A stretch of 64,000 nt of DNA from assembly GCA_048213135.1 (NCBI GenBank), contig PS015400.1, forward strand, positions 1-64,000, written 5' to 3'. Position numbers and translations under genes: made by a program. Source of the DNA: Reclinomonas americana ATCC 50394. Its lineage: Eukaryota. Shown here piece after piece: positions 12,117-23,417 of the stretch. Below the pieces are notes generated by a model that was not told the origin of the DNA, ran no database searches, and saw only the letters and a program-made list of their open reading frames with translations. Position 1 is the stretch's first letter, and the number at the start of each line of letters is the position of its first letter.

Positions 12117-12970
12117 TGTGTGTGTTTGAGAGAGTGAGAATGAGAGTGGCTTGCTTGTGCTCAGCGAGATGGGTGGAAGAAAGTAAGTTGCCTTTTGCAG
12201 GGTGGCCACTCGAATTTTTATCCCCAAAGATTGATGACAAATGTTCGATGGCCTGCTTTCTGTCATCATCCGCGTCGCAAACACGAACACGCGCGCGGGG
12301 GCATATAACTCGAGAATTGCCTTTTGCAGAATTGCATGTGAGGAGCACGACGCGCACAGAGGGGCGGTCGAACGATTGCGGGCGTGAAGTATTGGCGGTT
12401 GCGTGGCGGCGTGGGGTGAGAAAGGCGCGTGGGAGTTGGCAACGGCTTTCAATAGATACTCCGCTGGACACGCGAACGTTGTGAGTGCGAGACTCGGTTG
12501 GGGGGCCGCGTCAAATCGGACACACTGGAGCCTGTATTGTTTTTGAGTATTTTTTGTGGTACGTGCGGGAAGGCCTCTGTTCCCTCGGTTCTTGGCGACG
12601 AAGGCATTGTGCCAGCTGTTGGCTAGCAGGGCCGTGTATGGATGTGGAAGGGAGAGCGACGCGGATTTCGTTGCAGAATTTCTACTTGGCTTGTCGCGAT
12701 CGATCAAGGTTGAAAATAATCGCGCAGATGGCCTGGGAGCAACAAGGCCACTGGCGCAAATAGCACTGTTGCTGCATGAAGATCAAGTGAGACATCTCAC
12801 TTGGCCGGCGCATTGCGATGCCGTTGCCATAATCAACAGGCGGCAGTCATCAGCGACAACCACTCAACCGCACCTCAGCTCCTTCCCGGACTTCCATCCA
12901 CGTTGCCTGGCTTTATTGGGTTTTCCTCTGTGTTCTGACATGGCAAATTTCGCTTGCCACTTGGTGAGCA

Positions 12971-14233
12971 ATGGCAGAGTCCTCTGGAGATCCTGGTGGT
13001 TCTCCAGGAGATGACCGCTGCACTCCTCCGCCACGAGCAGGGCAGCGCGAGTTGGCTGAGCTCACACACGAACCCACGAGCAAGCCGCCTGTCAGCTCCA
13101 CTGCGTGCCGACCACACGTGGTGGAGTTGGCGGGAACCAGAAACGCATCCGTTACCGAGGATGCGTCTGGGACTCAACATGCGCTGCCGCTCCCACTGCC
13201 CCTGCGCAAAGACAGCAGTGCCCAACGCTCGGTGCCCGTTGCTGGCGCCGCGCATGCACTGCCGAGCGAGGGAAGTGGCGCGAGTGAGAAACATCGCATT
13301 TCCCCACCCTCCCCATCTGACGGTGATGACGACGATGAGGAGGAGGAGGATGACGATGTGGTGGACGTGGAAAGTCAGGGTGAACAAGAAAGCCCTCGAC
13401 TGGAAGCACCGGCACACTCCGTCGCAGTACGGAAGAAAGCTGCTGGCGTGTCCACCACCCGAGCACAGGGTGCCCAAGGCGCGAAGATTCAGGCTGCAGC
13501 CATGTCGACGAGGGTGACACGACTGGCAGTGCAGAAGGATCCCGAGCTGAAGGCACAAGTGTTCTCCCCCATACCCGAGATCCAGAAGGTGGTTCCTGGC
13601 TGCATCGGTGAGCGCTTGTCGGAGGCGCAAGATTCCAGTGCACAGCAACACTCTGGAAGAAGGATGGAAGCGCCGACCGGAGAGGTGGCCCACGCCCACA
13701 TGGGTGCGTCGGAGCCGGCCGGTATGGCGAGCCGCGGAAGCACGAAAATCACCACCGCGGCAGCGGGTGACGCCAGCCCACTTGGAGCGCCCAGCGACGC
13801 CATTGACCACGGCGAAGCAGGCGACGGGCGAGGCGAACCTGAGACGGCCGAGCAACAAAAGGCCGTCGCCGACAGCGGCGTACCACAGCCAATCTGCGCC
13901 CAGCGCTCCACTGCCCTCGGGGTAGTGTCCGAGCGCAGCAGCGGGCCCACGCCCCATCATGGCAATGCCGNNNNNNNNNNNNNNNNNNNNNNNNNNNNNN
14001 NNNNNNNNNNNNNNNNNNNNNNNNNNNNNNNNNNNNNNNNNNNNNNNNNNNNNNNNNNNNNNNNNNNNNNNNNNNNNNNNNNNNNNNNNNNNNNNNAAAG
14101 CCTCCTGCACCCACCGGGGATAAACAACACACTATATTTATTTGCACACGGTGCCATTATTATTCCTTACTTTAATGCCCAAGTTGATCGAGAGCATGCG
14201 GTTCGCCAGCAAGCAGCGCGTCGACCTGCGTGA
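12971..14233 (+). CDS. Hypothetical low-complexity protein (uncertain)
   Basis: ~1 kb intron-free open frame with an acidic patch (DGDDDDEEEEDDDVVD). No recognisable domain; it spans an N-gap and overlaps the GT61 3' end. Confidence 0.3.
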   Translation: MAESSGDPGGSPGDDRCTPPPRAGQRELAELTHEPTSKPPVSSTACRPHVVELAGTRNASVTEDASGTQHALPLPLPLRKDSSAQRSVPVAGAAHALPSEGSGASEKHRISPPSPSDGDDDDEEEEDDDVVDVESQGEQESPRLEAPAHSVAVRKKAAGVSTTRAQGAQGAKIQAAAMSTRVTRLAVQKDPELKAQVFSPIPEIQKVVPGCIGERLSEAQDSSAQQHSGRRMEAPTGEVAHAHMGASEPAGMASRGSTKITTAAAGDASPLGAPSDAIDHGEAGDGRGEPETAEQQKAVADSGVPQPICAQRSTALGVVSERSSGPTPHHGNAXXXXXXXXXXXXXXXXXXXXXXXXXXXXXXXXXXXXXXXXXXXSLLHPPGINNTLYLFAHGAIIIPYFNAQVDREHAVRQQAARRPA

Positions 14234-16637
14234 GTATCCAGCGTGCGTCGGAGAGTGGAAGCTGCAGAGCAGAGCCGTCGCTTCCGCGCTCGTCGAAATA
14301 CGCCAGCGTATGGCACCCCTGTGTGGCTGTGAGCTTGAGGTACACGAGGACACGATCGAAAGAGAAATCTTCCGACGACGAGGCAAACCTGATACGCTGC
14401 CATCATGGTGTGACAGGGGTTCCAGCTCTTTCCCGCACCGTGCCCCGCACCCGGTACCACCTCTATGTGCACGCATGGCTGTCGCCGTATGAAGGCACGA
14501 TGGGTGAAACCGGCACCGTGCGGACCAAAGACAATATCGGCGGTGTGGAACTCCAGGAGCGCCTGCAACTGCGTCTTGCCTTTGGCGACAAACTCGGTCA
14601 CCACAAAGTGCGGGAACTCGGTCTGGATGAGCTGCTTGATCTGCGGAGCACACAAGGGGTGAGGGAGCGAGGTGGTGGCGAGTTGAGCGCAGTGTTGAGC
14701 GCTCCCCCAACTTGTGGATACGTGGCCAGCGAGCGCGCTCCCGACCGCTGGATCACAAGGATGCGTCGCCGCGGTTTGCCATTGTTCACGTCGCGCAGCG
14801 GTGGCGCCGAGACTGCGAGTGGAGAAAACAGTCAGTCAATCGTGTCAGCGGGGCCGCTGGAGACAACCGCACACAGACAGACCTTCCCAAAACTCGCGCA
14901 AGGCCGACAGGATCATGTCCTTGTGTAATCTCTCGAAGACTTCCGTCATTCCCTGCAGCACCGAGGGGTGCGCGGCACCGCAGTACACTCCGCTGGCAAA
15001 ATACGCCTTTTTCGCCAGCACCGGTGGCGGACTCAGCAGCACCTGCACATTGCGGGGATTGGCCATTGCGATCGATGCTTACCAATCGTGGTCTTGCAGC
15101 GCTTCACCTGTTCTCGTCGGATACCGAGGGCCTCCATGAAGCCGTAGGAGACCTCCTCGCCATACACATTCTTCTGCACCAGAACATAGATGTTTTTCGA
15201 CGAGTGCACCTCCTCCCACACCTGCAGCCCGCATAGTCAGCCAAATATTACCGCGATTTTGCGCGTGAGACACAGAGAACGCGCACCAAGATGAAGCGTG
15301 GCAGCACTTCGCCGAGGTAGTGAAAGAAAGCGTCGCCCCAAGTCTGCTGCAGCGGCACCACCGCGTCCACCAACAGCACTCGACCTTCGGCTTTCCACGA
15401 GAAGCGAGCCGAGCGATCCACCGCACCGCATTGCCGTGCAATGAATACGCGATCCTTACTGAAGATGCGACCGTCGGCGGCCACCAGCTGAATGCAGAGC
15501 GCGTGAGAAGCGGCGTGTACACGAGGGCGTCGACAGAAGCGTCTCTCACCGCATTGTCGATGACGACCGAGTGTGCGCTCAGCGGTGCCGTGCGCGAATG
15601 CTGACCGAGACCCGGCGGTCCCATCAGCACCGGCTTGCCCACGTCGGTCGGACGGTTGCCGGGTGGTCGCAGTGGCAGTGGAAAGTAGAGCGGATCCGGC
15701 TTCAGCCAGGGCAAACATGCCGTGAGCGAGACGCGATGCGACTGAAAAACACTTGCCAGGCAGCCCACCTTGTCAAACTGCGGGTGCCTTCGAAAGACGT
15801 ACCCACTGCCGGGTGGCGCAGTGACCAGTGGCGAGCCCACAGCATCCTCCTCGGCGATGACCTGCGCCGGGCCAGAGCGATCGGCCGCAGTTCGCAGCAT
15901 GTGCGGCTGCACATCCAGCCACAAGCCCACTGCGCTCACGCATTCCTCTCGCACATCAAATGGCTTCTGCACCTCCGCAACCGCACCTGCCTCACCGAGC
16001 ACACCAGCAAGCACGCGGAACGATCCAGTGCGGAACAGAGACCACGGGAACTGTTCCACACACTGACTGGGGGTGAGACGCGATGGTGGAGGAGGGGGTG
16101 GTGGTGGTGGTGGTGGAGGAGGAGGAGGAGGTTGCGGAGTGGGCTCGACAGGAGGTGTCGGAGCTGGCTGCTCGACAGGAGGCGAGGGCTGTTCAATAGG
16201 AGGTGGTGGCGGTGGAGGTGCTGGTGGAGGTGCTGGAGGAGGTGGAGTTACAACATCACTCTCCGGCCGCAAGTCACCACCTGGTGGACCTACTGTCGGG
16301 TGTGAATCGCACAAACAAACACGTGCGCCACCACGAAAGGGAGAGAGAGAGAAGCATACCTGTTGGCAATGTATAATCTTGCGATCTGTCACTCTCACTG
16401 GCCACGTTCATGTCCACAGGAAGCACCTGAGCAGCACGTGTGAGTGCACGATAGAGAGAGAGAGATGCATACACACAGCGCAACAGTGACGACGGCGAAG
16501 AAGCTAATGATCATTGTGGACAGGCCCAAGAGAAGATACACGCGCACAACGCGCCCGGAGACACCAGCGTTGCTGGAGTGAGAGAGGAGTGGCGCATCAT
16601 CGCGGTCGGCAAACTGCACGTGATGGCGAGTGCTCAT
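14172..16637 (-). CDS. Glycosyltransferase family 61 (DUF563)-like type II membrane protein
   Basis: N-terminal TM (YLLLGLSTMIISFFAVVT), Pro-rich stem, QQTWGDAFFHYLGEVLPR, RILVIQRSGARSL and ADIVFGPHGAGFTH (GT61 hallmark). Last exon GCHTLAYFD...DQLGH*. Confidence 0.8.
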
Positions 16638-17033
16638 GGCCAATGCGTTGCGAGGTGAAAACTTCACGCAGCGCCAAAAGATCCTCGAGCTCGAAAGAGA
16701 ATTCACAATCGGATCATCATGATCGCCCTTCTCAGAGAGTACACCCGACACGCGCGTGGCAATGGATCTGGCAGTGAAGCACTCTCGACGTTGAAGGGAT
16801 CCGGAGACAAGTGTTCGGTTCGAGTTTCTCGAAATGTGTTTCTCCTCCTTCGCTGCCTCCTCCTCCTCCGCTGCAGTCGGGTATCACGTGCGATATACTT
16901 GCAGCGACCTCGTACAACGAGCCATGGTCGGTTTGTGCCGATTGGAATTTGATCGACCGAGTCAGCGATCTTCTTGGCCGGACAGGCGACAAGTACTGTA
17001 CCAGCAACGAACTACGTGGAGGGAGGGAGCCAC

Positions 17034-18866
17034 ATGCGCGCACCAGTGGCACTGCTGCACAGACATGTGCATGTCGCCTCTCTGCTTACCGCACTGCTGC
17101 TGCTTGCGCTCCTCCTTGGCGCTGCACATGCGACCGCGACAAGCGATCCATCCTCGCTGCAACGCATCATCGATCGCGTCGACAAGGTCGCACAACGAGT
17201 CGACGAGCTGCGAGAACGCGCCACCACTGTGCTCGTGGAAGCACAAGCTCGTCGTTCTTCTCACGAGCAGGTGCCAACACCATCACCGATCGATCGCGAG
17301 GTCTGTCATGCCTCTCTCACTCTCTGTGCGTGCGTGTGTATACTCAACAGCTGTGGTCAGTCAAAGGAATGCCCGCAATGCCCCTCGTGCCCCTCCTCGC
17401 CAAGCTCACCTCCTTCACCGCCTGCATCATGCGATTCATTCGCCATTCAACCGCTGCTGGCGAAGCCGGGCAGTGCGCGCAAGTTCTGGTACTTTGTGCC
17501 GAGGTCTGTCTCCAAACACTGTGTGCATTCATAGTCCATCTTCCGAGCGTTCCCTTGCTGATTGATCGATGATGGTGCACAGAGACGACGGGTTCAACAA
17601 TCAGGTGTGTGCGTCTCGTGACACAGCGATGGACGCTTGTTCTCATCGTTGGAGTTGCAGAAACTCGACGTAGTTCGCGCTATTGCCTTGGCGCGACTCA
17701 CACGGCGCACACTCGTGCTCCCCGAGTTCTCCGAGGAGGTCATGTGGGGCGTGGATCGCACTCGATTGCAGCCGTGGCCGTTTGCGGACTACTACGATCT
17801 CGAGGCGTTGCGCGAGTATGTGGATGTGGTGACGGTGGATGAGTTTCGCGACGAGTGCGGCGGGCAGTTGGAGTACTGGGGTTGTGCGCCGACATTTGGG
17901 TGCGATGAGCCGCGGCTGGCCCGCGTGCAACGCATCAACCTCGGCAGCCACAAGTCGAAGCTGCCGAACACACTGCCGGCGGTGCTGAAAGCCGTCGTCG
18001 ATGCACCGCGGTGCGCGGGCGGTCTGCCCGAGACGTCGTCTATGGTGTCGGTGTTGGGCGAGTATTCCAAGCACACTGTCGACACGCATCAGGGATTCAT
18101 GCTTGCTGCTCCTGGTTTCCGCGAAGTGTGGACTCTGTTGCGGCCGAGCGCGGTGGTGCAGCAGACGATTCAACGCTTCCGCGACGTCTTTGCTCTTCGC
18201 GAGGGTCAGTACGACTGCATCCACGTCCGTCGAGGCGACTACAAGGTGTGTCTGTCGTCGTTTTCGTGGCCGTGTTGGCAAGTGATCCCTCACCGCGTCC
18301 ATGATCAGGCTGGCGCCAACTGCAAGTTCCTCTCACCCGCCGAGTGTGCCGTGGCTGGCCCCAATTCGACCTACCAGCCCGACGACTACCTGTTGTCCAC
18401 CGTGCGCCAGCGACTACTGGACGGTGGAGAGCAGGGCTCGGTGCCGCTCCTGATCGCCTCGCACCACAAGGACGCGGACGATTTGCTGCGCTTGTTCTCC
18501 TCGTTGTATCCAAACAACAGGGTTTGTTTGTGCTTGTGTGCGCCACTCACTGTGAACCGTGAACTGATTCGATGCTTACTGCTGTGTGCAGTTGATCAGC
18601 CTGCACAAGCCGCCAAGTCCATACTCGGAACTCGGTGAGTTTGCACGTCCTTCTGTGCATCCTCGCGCAATGACACTCACTTGCTCACCCACCCATGCAC
18701 AGACTTTCCGGAGCAAGCTTCACGGAATGACATTCGCGGCTTGGCCGAGCAGCAGTTGTGCGGCGACGCCCGTCGCTTCATCGGCAACAGGTTCTCCAGC
18801 TGGAGCGCACACGTGTTCCTATTACGCGAGGCCAAGTTGTTAGACGACAGCACTTCTCGCTGGTAG
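17034..18866 (+). CDS. GDP-fucose protein O-fucosyltransferase family (O-FucT) protein
   Basis: Signal/TM (LLTALLLLALLLG), short coiled coil, DGFNNQ, LARLTRRTLVLP, CIHVRRGDY and EQQLCGDARRFIGNRFSSWS. Confidence 0.85.
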
Positions 18867-19065
18867 TTGGAGCGCACCGCCATGAAATGTATTACTGTTT
18901 GCACATCCGCTGCTGTCTGTGTTGCCGCGTGCGCGACAGTGCGTGGCGCCATCCACTGGACTCCGCTGCCAGTTCCCACACGGTCCATCTGGCGACCGCG
19001 CGTGGTTGCATTCGAGCGCCCCGCTGTCTCATGATGCTTGCCCCACCCACCTCGACGAATGCCTC

Positions 19066-20780
19066 TCAGCGACGGAGCACACGTCGAGGAGCTGCGGCCG
19101 CACCCGATGACGAAGCGCCGCTTGCCACCGCCTGACTCGCGTCTTCGTCGCCACCGCCTGCCGAAATCTGCACAGTCGTACAGTGAGTCGGCGTGCACGC
19201 AAACAACTCGGAGGTGAGCTTACAACGCACATCGAGCAGCTTCTCCAACATTTGCGTCATGATTGGCCGAATCCAGTTCGTCTCCAGCGCCGACAAGTTG
19301 TTCACACGCACACTGGTCACTGGCCGATCGAGAGCCTTGAGACCGGTGAGGATCTTCTCCTGGCGCACATGCTCTATGTCGTGCAGCAGGCTGCGGATCA
19401 ATGTGTGGTCCTCCAAGCACGAGGGCGCACTGACACACGACTGTTCGTCAGAGAATGGGAGTGGAGGAAGAGAAGAGAAGTCGCACAGGCAGACGCACCC
19501 GTCGAGCAATGCACGCGCGACCTCTACATAGTGCGGCGGGAGAGCCTCGAACGAGCTCTCGGAAGTCTTCTCCATGTCGAGCACCTGTTGCATGGAGGCT
19601 GCCGCACAACTCACTAGTCAACTCATTGCATACACAGACACATAGTCTTATGCGAACGGGCACGCACCAACAGAGAGCCAATCAGGAGGACGAATGGTCG
19701 CCTGTGTGAACGAGTGAGCACATGCACAACAACAACAGCAGCAGCAGCTCGTGACACTCTCTCACCTTGTTGACTTTCACCAAGTGCAGAGCCAGCCACA
19801 GAGGAACATGAGTGGATCGTGGCGGTTTGAAGGGTCCAAACGTGCCCTGTGTCACAAAGTGTGAACAACAAGATAATGACTCTCTCTCCGCTATCACTCT
19901 CACAGACCCCTGTCAATTCCAGCACGCCCACAGGCACCAGAGGCACAATCTGCACCTCCTCCTCTCCTGCCAGGAACTCCATCTCTNNNNNNNNNNNNNN
20001 NNNNNNNNNNNNNNNNNNNNNNNNNNNNNNNNNNNNNNNNNNNNNNNNNNNNNNNNNNNNNNNNNNNNNNNNNNNNNNNNNNNNNNNNNNNNNNNNNNNN
20101 NNNNNNNNNNNNNNNNNNNNNNNNNNNNNNNNNNNNNNNNNNNNNNNNNNNNNNNNNNNNNNNNNNNNNNNNNNNNNNNNNNNNNNNNNNNNNNNNNNNN
20201 NNNNNNNNNNNNNNNNNNNNNNNNNNNNNNNNNNNNNNNNNNNNNNNNNNNNNNNNNNNNNNNNNNNNNNNNNNNNNNNNNNNNNNNNNNNNNNNNNNNN
20301 NNNNNNNNNNNNNNNNNNNNNNNNNNNNNNNNNNNNNNNNNNNNNNNNNNNNNNNNNNNNNNNNNNNNNNNNNNNNNNNNNNNNNNNNNNNNNNNNNNNN
20401 NNNNNNNNNNNNNNNNNNNNNNNNNNNNNNNNNNNNNNNNNNNNNNNNNNNNNNNNNNNNNNNNNNNNNNNNNNNNNNNNNNNNNNNNNNNNNNNNNNNN
20501 NNNNNNNNNNNNNNNNNNNNNNNNNNNNNNNNNNNNNNNNNNNNNNNNNNNNNNNNNNNNNNNNNNNNNNNNNNNNNNNNNNNNNNNNNNNNNNNNNNNN
20601 NNNNNNNNNNNNNNNNNNNNNNNNNNNNNNNNNNNNNNNNNNNNNNNNNNNNNNNNNNNNNNNNNNNNNNNNNNNNNNNNNNNNNNNNNNNNNNNNNNNN
20701 NNNNNNNNNNNNNNNNNNNNNNNNNNNNNNNNNNNNNNNNNNNNNNNNNNNGCACTGCGGAAAGTGTTCACGCTCTCCAT
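19066..20780 (-). CDS. PSF2: GINS complex subunit Psf2
   Basis: MESVNTFRSA|EMEFLAGEEEVQIVP, GPFKPPRSTHVPLWLALHL, FEALPPHYVEVA, IRSLLHDIEHVRQEKI and VNNLSALETNWIRP. Confidence 0.92.
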
Positions 20781-20936
20781 TTTACGCAAATCAAGGCAAA
20801 CCCCTTGCGCGGGAAGGACAACTTGACAACATTCCGTCGTCGCCTTCACTTAAAAGCAACCCAACAAAAGTACCATTTGCATCTTGTGTTCTCAGAGCAG
20901 CAACATCAGCGGAGAAGCGGACGAGAGAACATAAGA

Positions 20937-23191
20937 TCAGGATCGCCACCGCGCGCGCTCCTCGTCGAGTTCTCGTCGGACTTCGGCCAATCGTCTCTCC
21001 AGACCAGGAGCGCCTTCGCGTATCGCCAGCTCCAGTGCGGCGATCTCCCCGAGTAGATCGACTTCGCTGCGCTGTGGCGGTGCGGCCACAAGCGCGGCGG
21101 AGCCCACCAGACGTTGTCGGACACCTGCNNNNNNNNNNNNNNNNNNNNGCTGACAATGGCGCGATCCACGGGACACTCGTTCTTCTGCTGCAGCCACTGG
21201 GCGATGCACAGGCGGTGGAAGCTGTGCGAGCACTGCAGTACTTCCACGTCGTCCTCGTCGGTCAACTCAGTCAAACAGATCGGGCACATGGGTCGCGAGT
21301 TTTCTGCGCGGCGTGTGTGAGTGCAAAAGCTTGCGAATTCGTTGACTGTGCCAAAAGACAAACCCTCTTCAGCCACGGCCGCGTCAGCCTCCGCGGCGTC
21401 CACACTGCCTCCCATCTCCAACGACAGCTGCAACTTCTCCAGTCGGAGCAGCAAATGATCGCGGTCAACACCCGCCGCACCTGGTCCCTCAACCAGCTGA
21501 CACTCAATGGCCATGACCTCGTCTCGCAACCGCTGAAAGTCCATGCGCATGTCATGCTCATCCTGCTGCGCCTGCACGCGTCGTGCTGCGAATCATGCAC
21601 GAAGCCGATGTCAGCCTCAGCACACATAAATTCAAGCACCGACTGTGAGGGGAGTTCTCACCGAAAACCTCGTCGGCCAGCGACGGCGACGGCGACGGTG
21701 ATTTCGGCTGTGAGGAGATGAGCGCCTGGATGCGCGCCCTCAGCTCGGCCTGCTCTCGCTTCCTCCGTGGTCGGAACGGTGTGATGCTACGCGACATCGT
21801 CAGTGACTACAGTACGCGGAGGCACCGTCGTGAAGCCACACGACGCAACTTCAACTGGTGATCGTGAACCCAGATGCTCCGCTGACTAATGGCGCGCTGG
21901 TAGCCCTCCACCGACGAAAATCCCACCACCTGGGAGAGAGAGAGAGAGAGGAGGGGAAGAGGTGAGTGGTGAGTGGCGACTGCGTTGTTGGGAACACGTG
22001 CTCCCACTGCAAGCGCACCATGAACGGCGTGTCGACCATTTTCCTGGAGGCCGACACAATGGGCCCGAACCGCTTCAGTGCCTTCAAAATGTCGTCACTT
22101 CGGATCCCCGCACAGTTGGCCACGTAGATCTGCAGTGCAGGAGAATGCAGTCAGTGCGAGAAGCTGACGATTCCCCGGAGCAACAATCAACATACCACTG
22201 TCGCAGCTGTGTGCAGCGGAAGAGAGCAACACAAGTCAGGCATTGCTGTCACGCTTGTGTAGACGACACACACAAACAGTAAAACGCACGAGCTGGTGCA
22301 TCAGCAGCCGACCCGGCCGCCGCCGATGCTGCCGCCGCTGATGATGATCCTCTGTCGGCAGCCGCCGACCCTGGACCTGACGATGAAGAGGGCGAGGTGC
22401 CGCTTCCAGAACCCGACGCACCGCGACCACCACCCACAGCAATCGGCAACGGCAGCAGACCAGAGCCCGACGCCGCCGACCCGTCAACCACAGCCGCCGG
22501 AATGACATTGGGCAGGATTGCCGACGGGTAGACCATACCACTGCCTCCACCTGACCCTGCTCCCCCTGCACCTGCCCCTGGCACAGCCGACCCCGCTGCT
22601 CCTGCTGCTGCACTGCTACCACCACCACCACCACTGACAAGAGGCGCACGATGCTGGTCACGAATCACATCCGTCGACGGCTGAAACCGCACACTGCTCA
22701 CATCGCCATGAGTGACGATCCCATACACAGACAACCAATGACCGCATTTACACACTTGCGCGACACCTTGCCCGCCGACACTGTCGTTGCGTTGCACGCA
22801 GCAATGCACTGTCGCGCTTGCTCCTCATCCTCAACTATGTGTGTGCGCGTGTGTGTGTCAAGGAGGGTCCAAGTCGACAAGTCAAACACACACAAACGCA
22901 ACACTCAATCATTGCCCATCGAGAGCGCCCGTCTCGTGAGGGCGCCAGCAACAGGTTCGTCACGTGACCATACTGCGCAGCAAACTGCACCAGAAGCGCT
23001 CTATCCGTCTATGTGTGTGTAAGAGAGAGTGTCAGAGAAAGCATGAGAGAATGAGAGGACGACAGTGGCACCTCTCGATGCAACGGGACCACATGCACAG
23101 TGCGTCTCCTGCGCTCGTCATCAGAGGGAGATGCGGCAGAGGGATGCCGCGCTGGGCGACGAGGAGGGTGCCCTCCTCTCTCTCCACTCAT
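20937..23191 (-). CDS. Two-RRM plus RING-H2 protein (putative RNA-binding E3 ubiquitin ligase)
   Basis: RRM1: RTVHVVPL...FAAQYGHV...RWAMIEFEDEEQARQCI. RRM2: IYVANC...LKRFGPIV...FMVVGFSSVEGYQRAI. RING-H2: CPICLTEL...LQCSHSFHRLCIAQWLQQKNECPVDR. Coiled-coil tail. Confidence 0.8.
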
Positions 23192-23252
23192 TGCACACGG
23201 TGAAATGGTCGGTGAAATCGCGCACTCTCTTTGTGGATCCGAGGAGCGCAGC

Positions 23253-23368
23253 ATGCAGGCCTTTGATGCACTGCATCCGAGTCTCGACTACTATGAGACA
23301 CAGCAGCGACGGAAGCGGTTTGCATGCTCATTCCTGTGTCACTTTGTGCGTGTGCCTCTTGCTCACTC

Positions 23369-23417
<49 letters not shown>

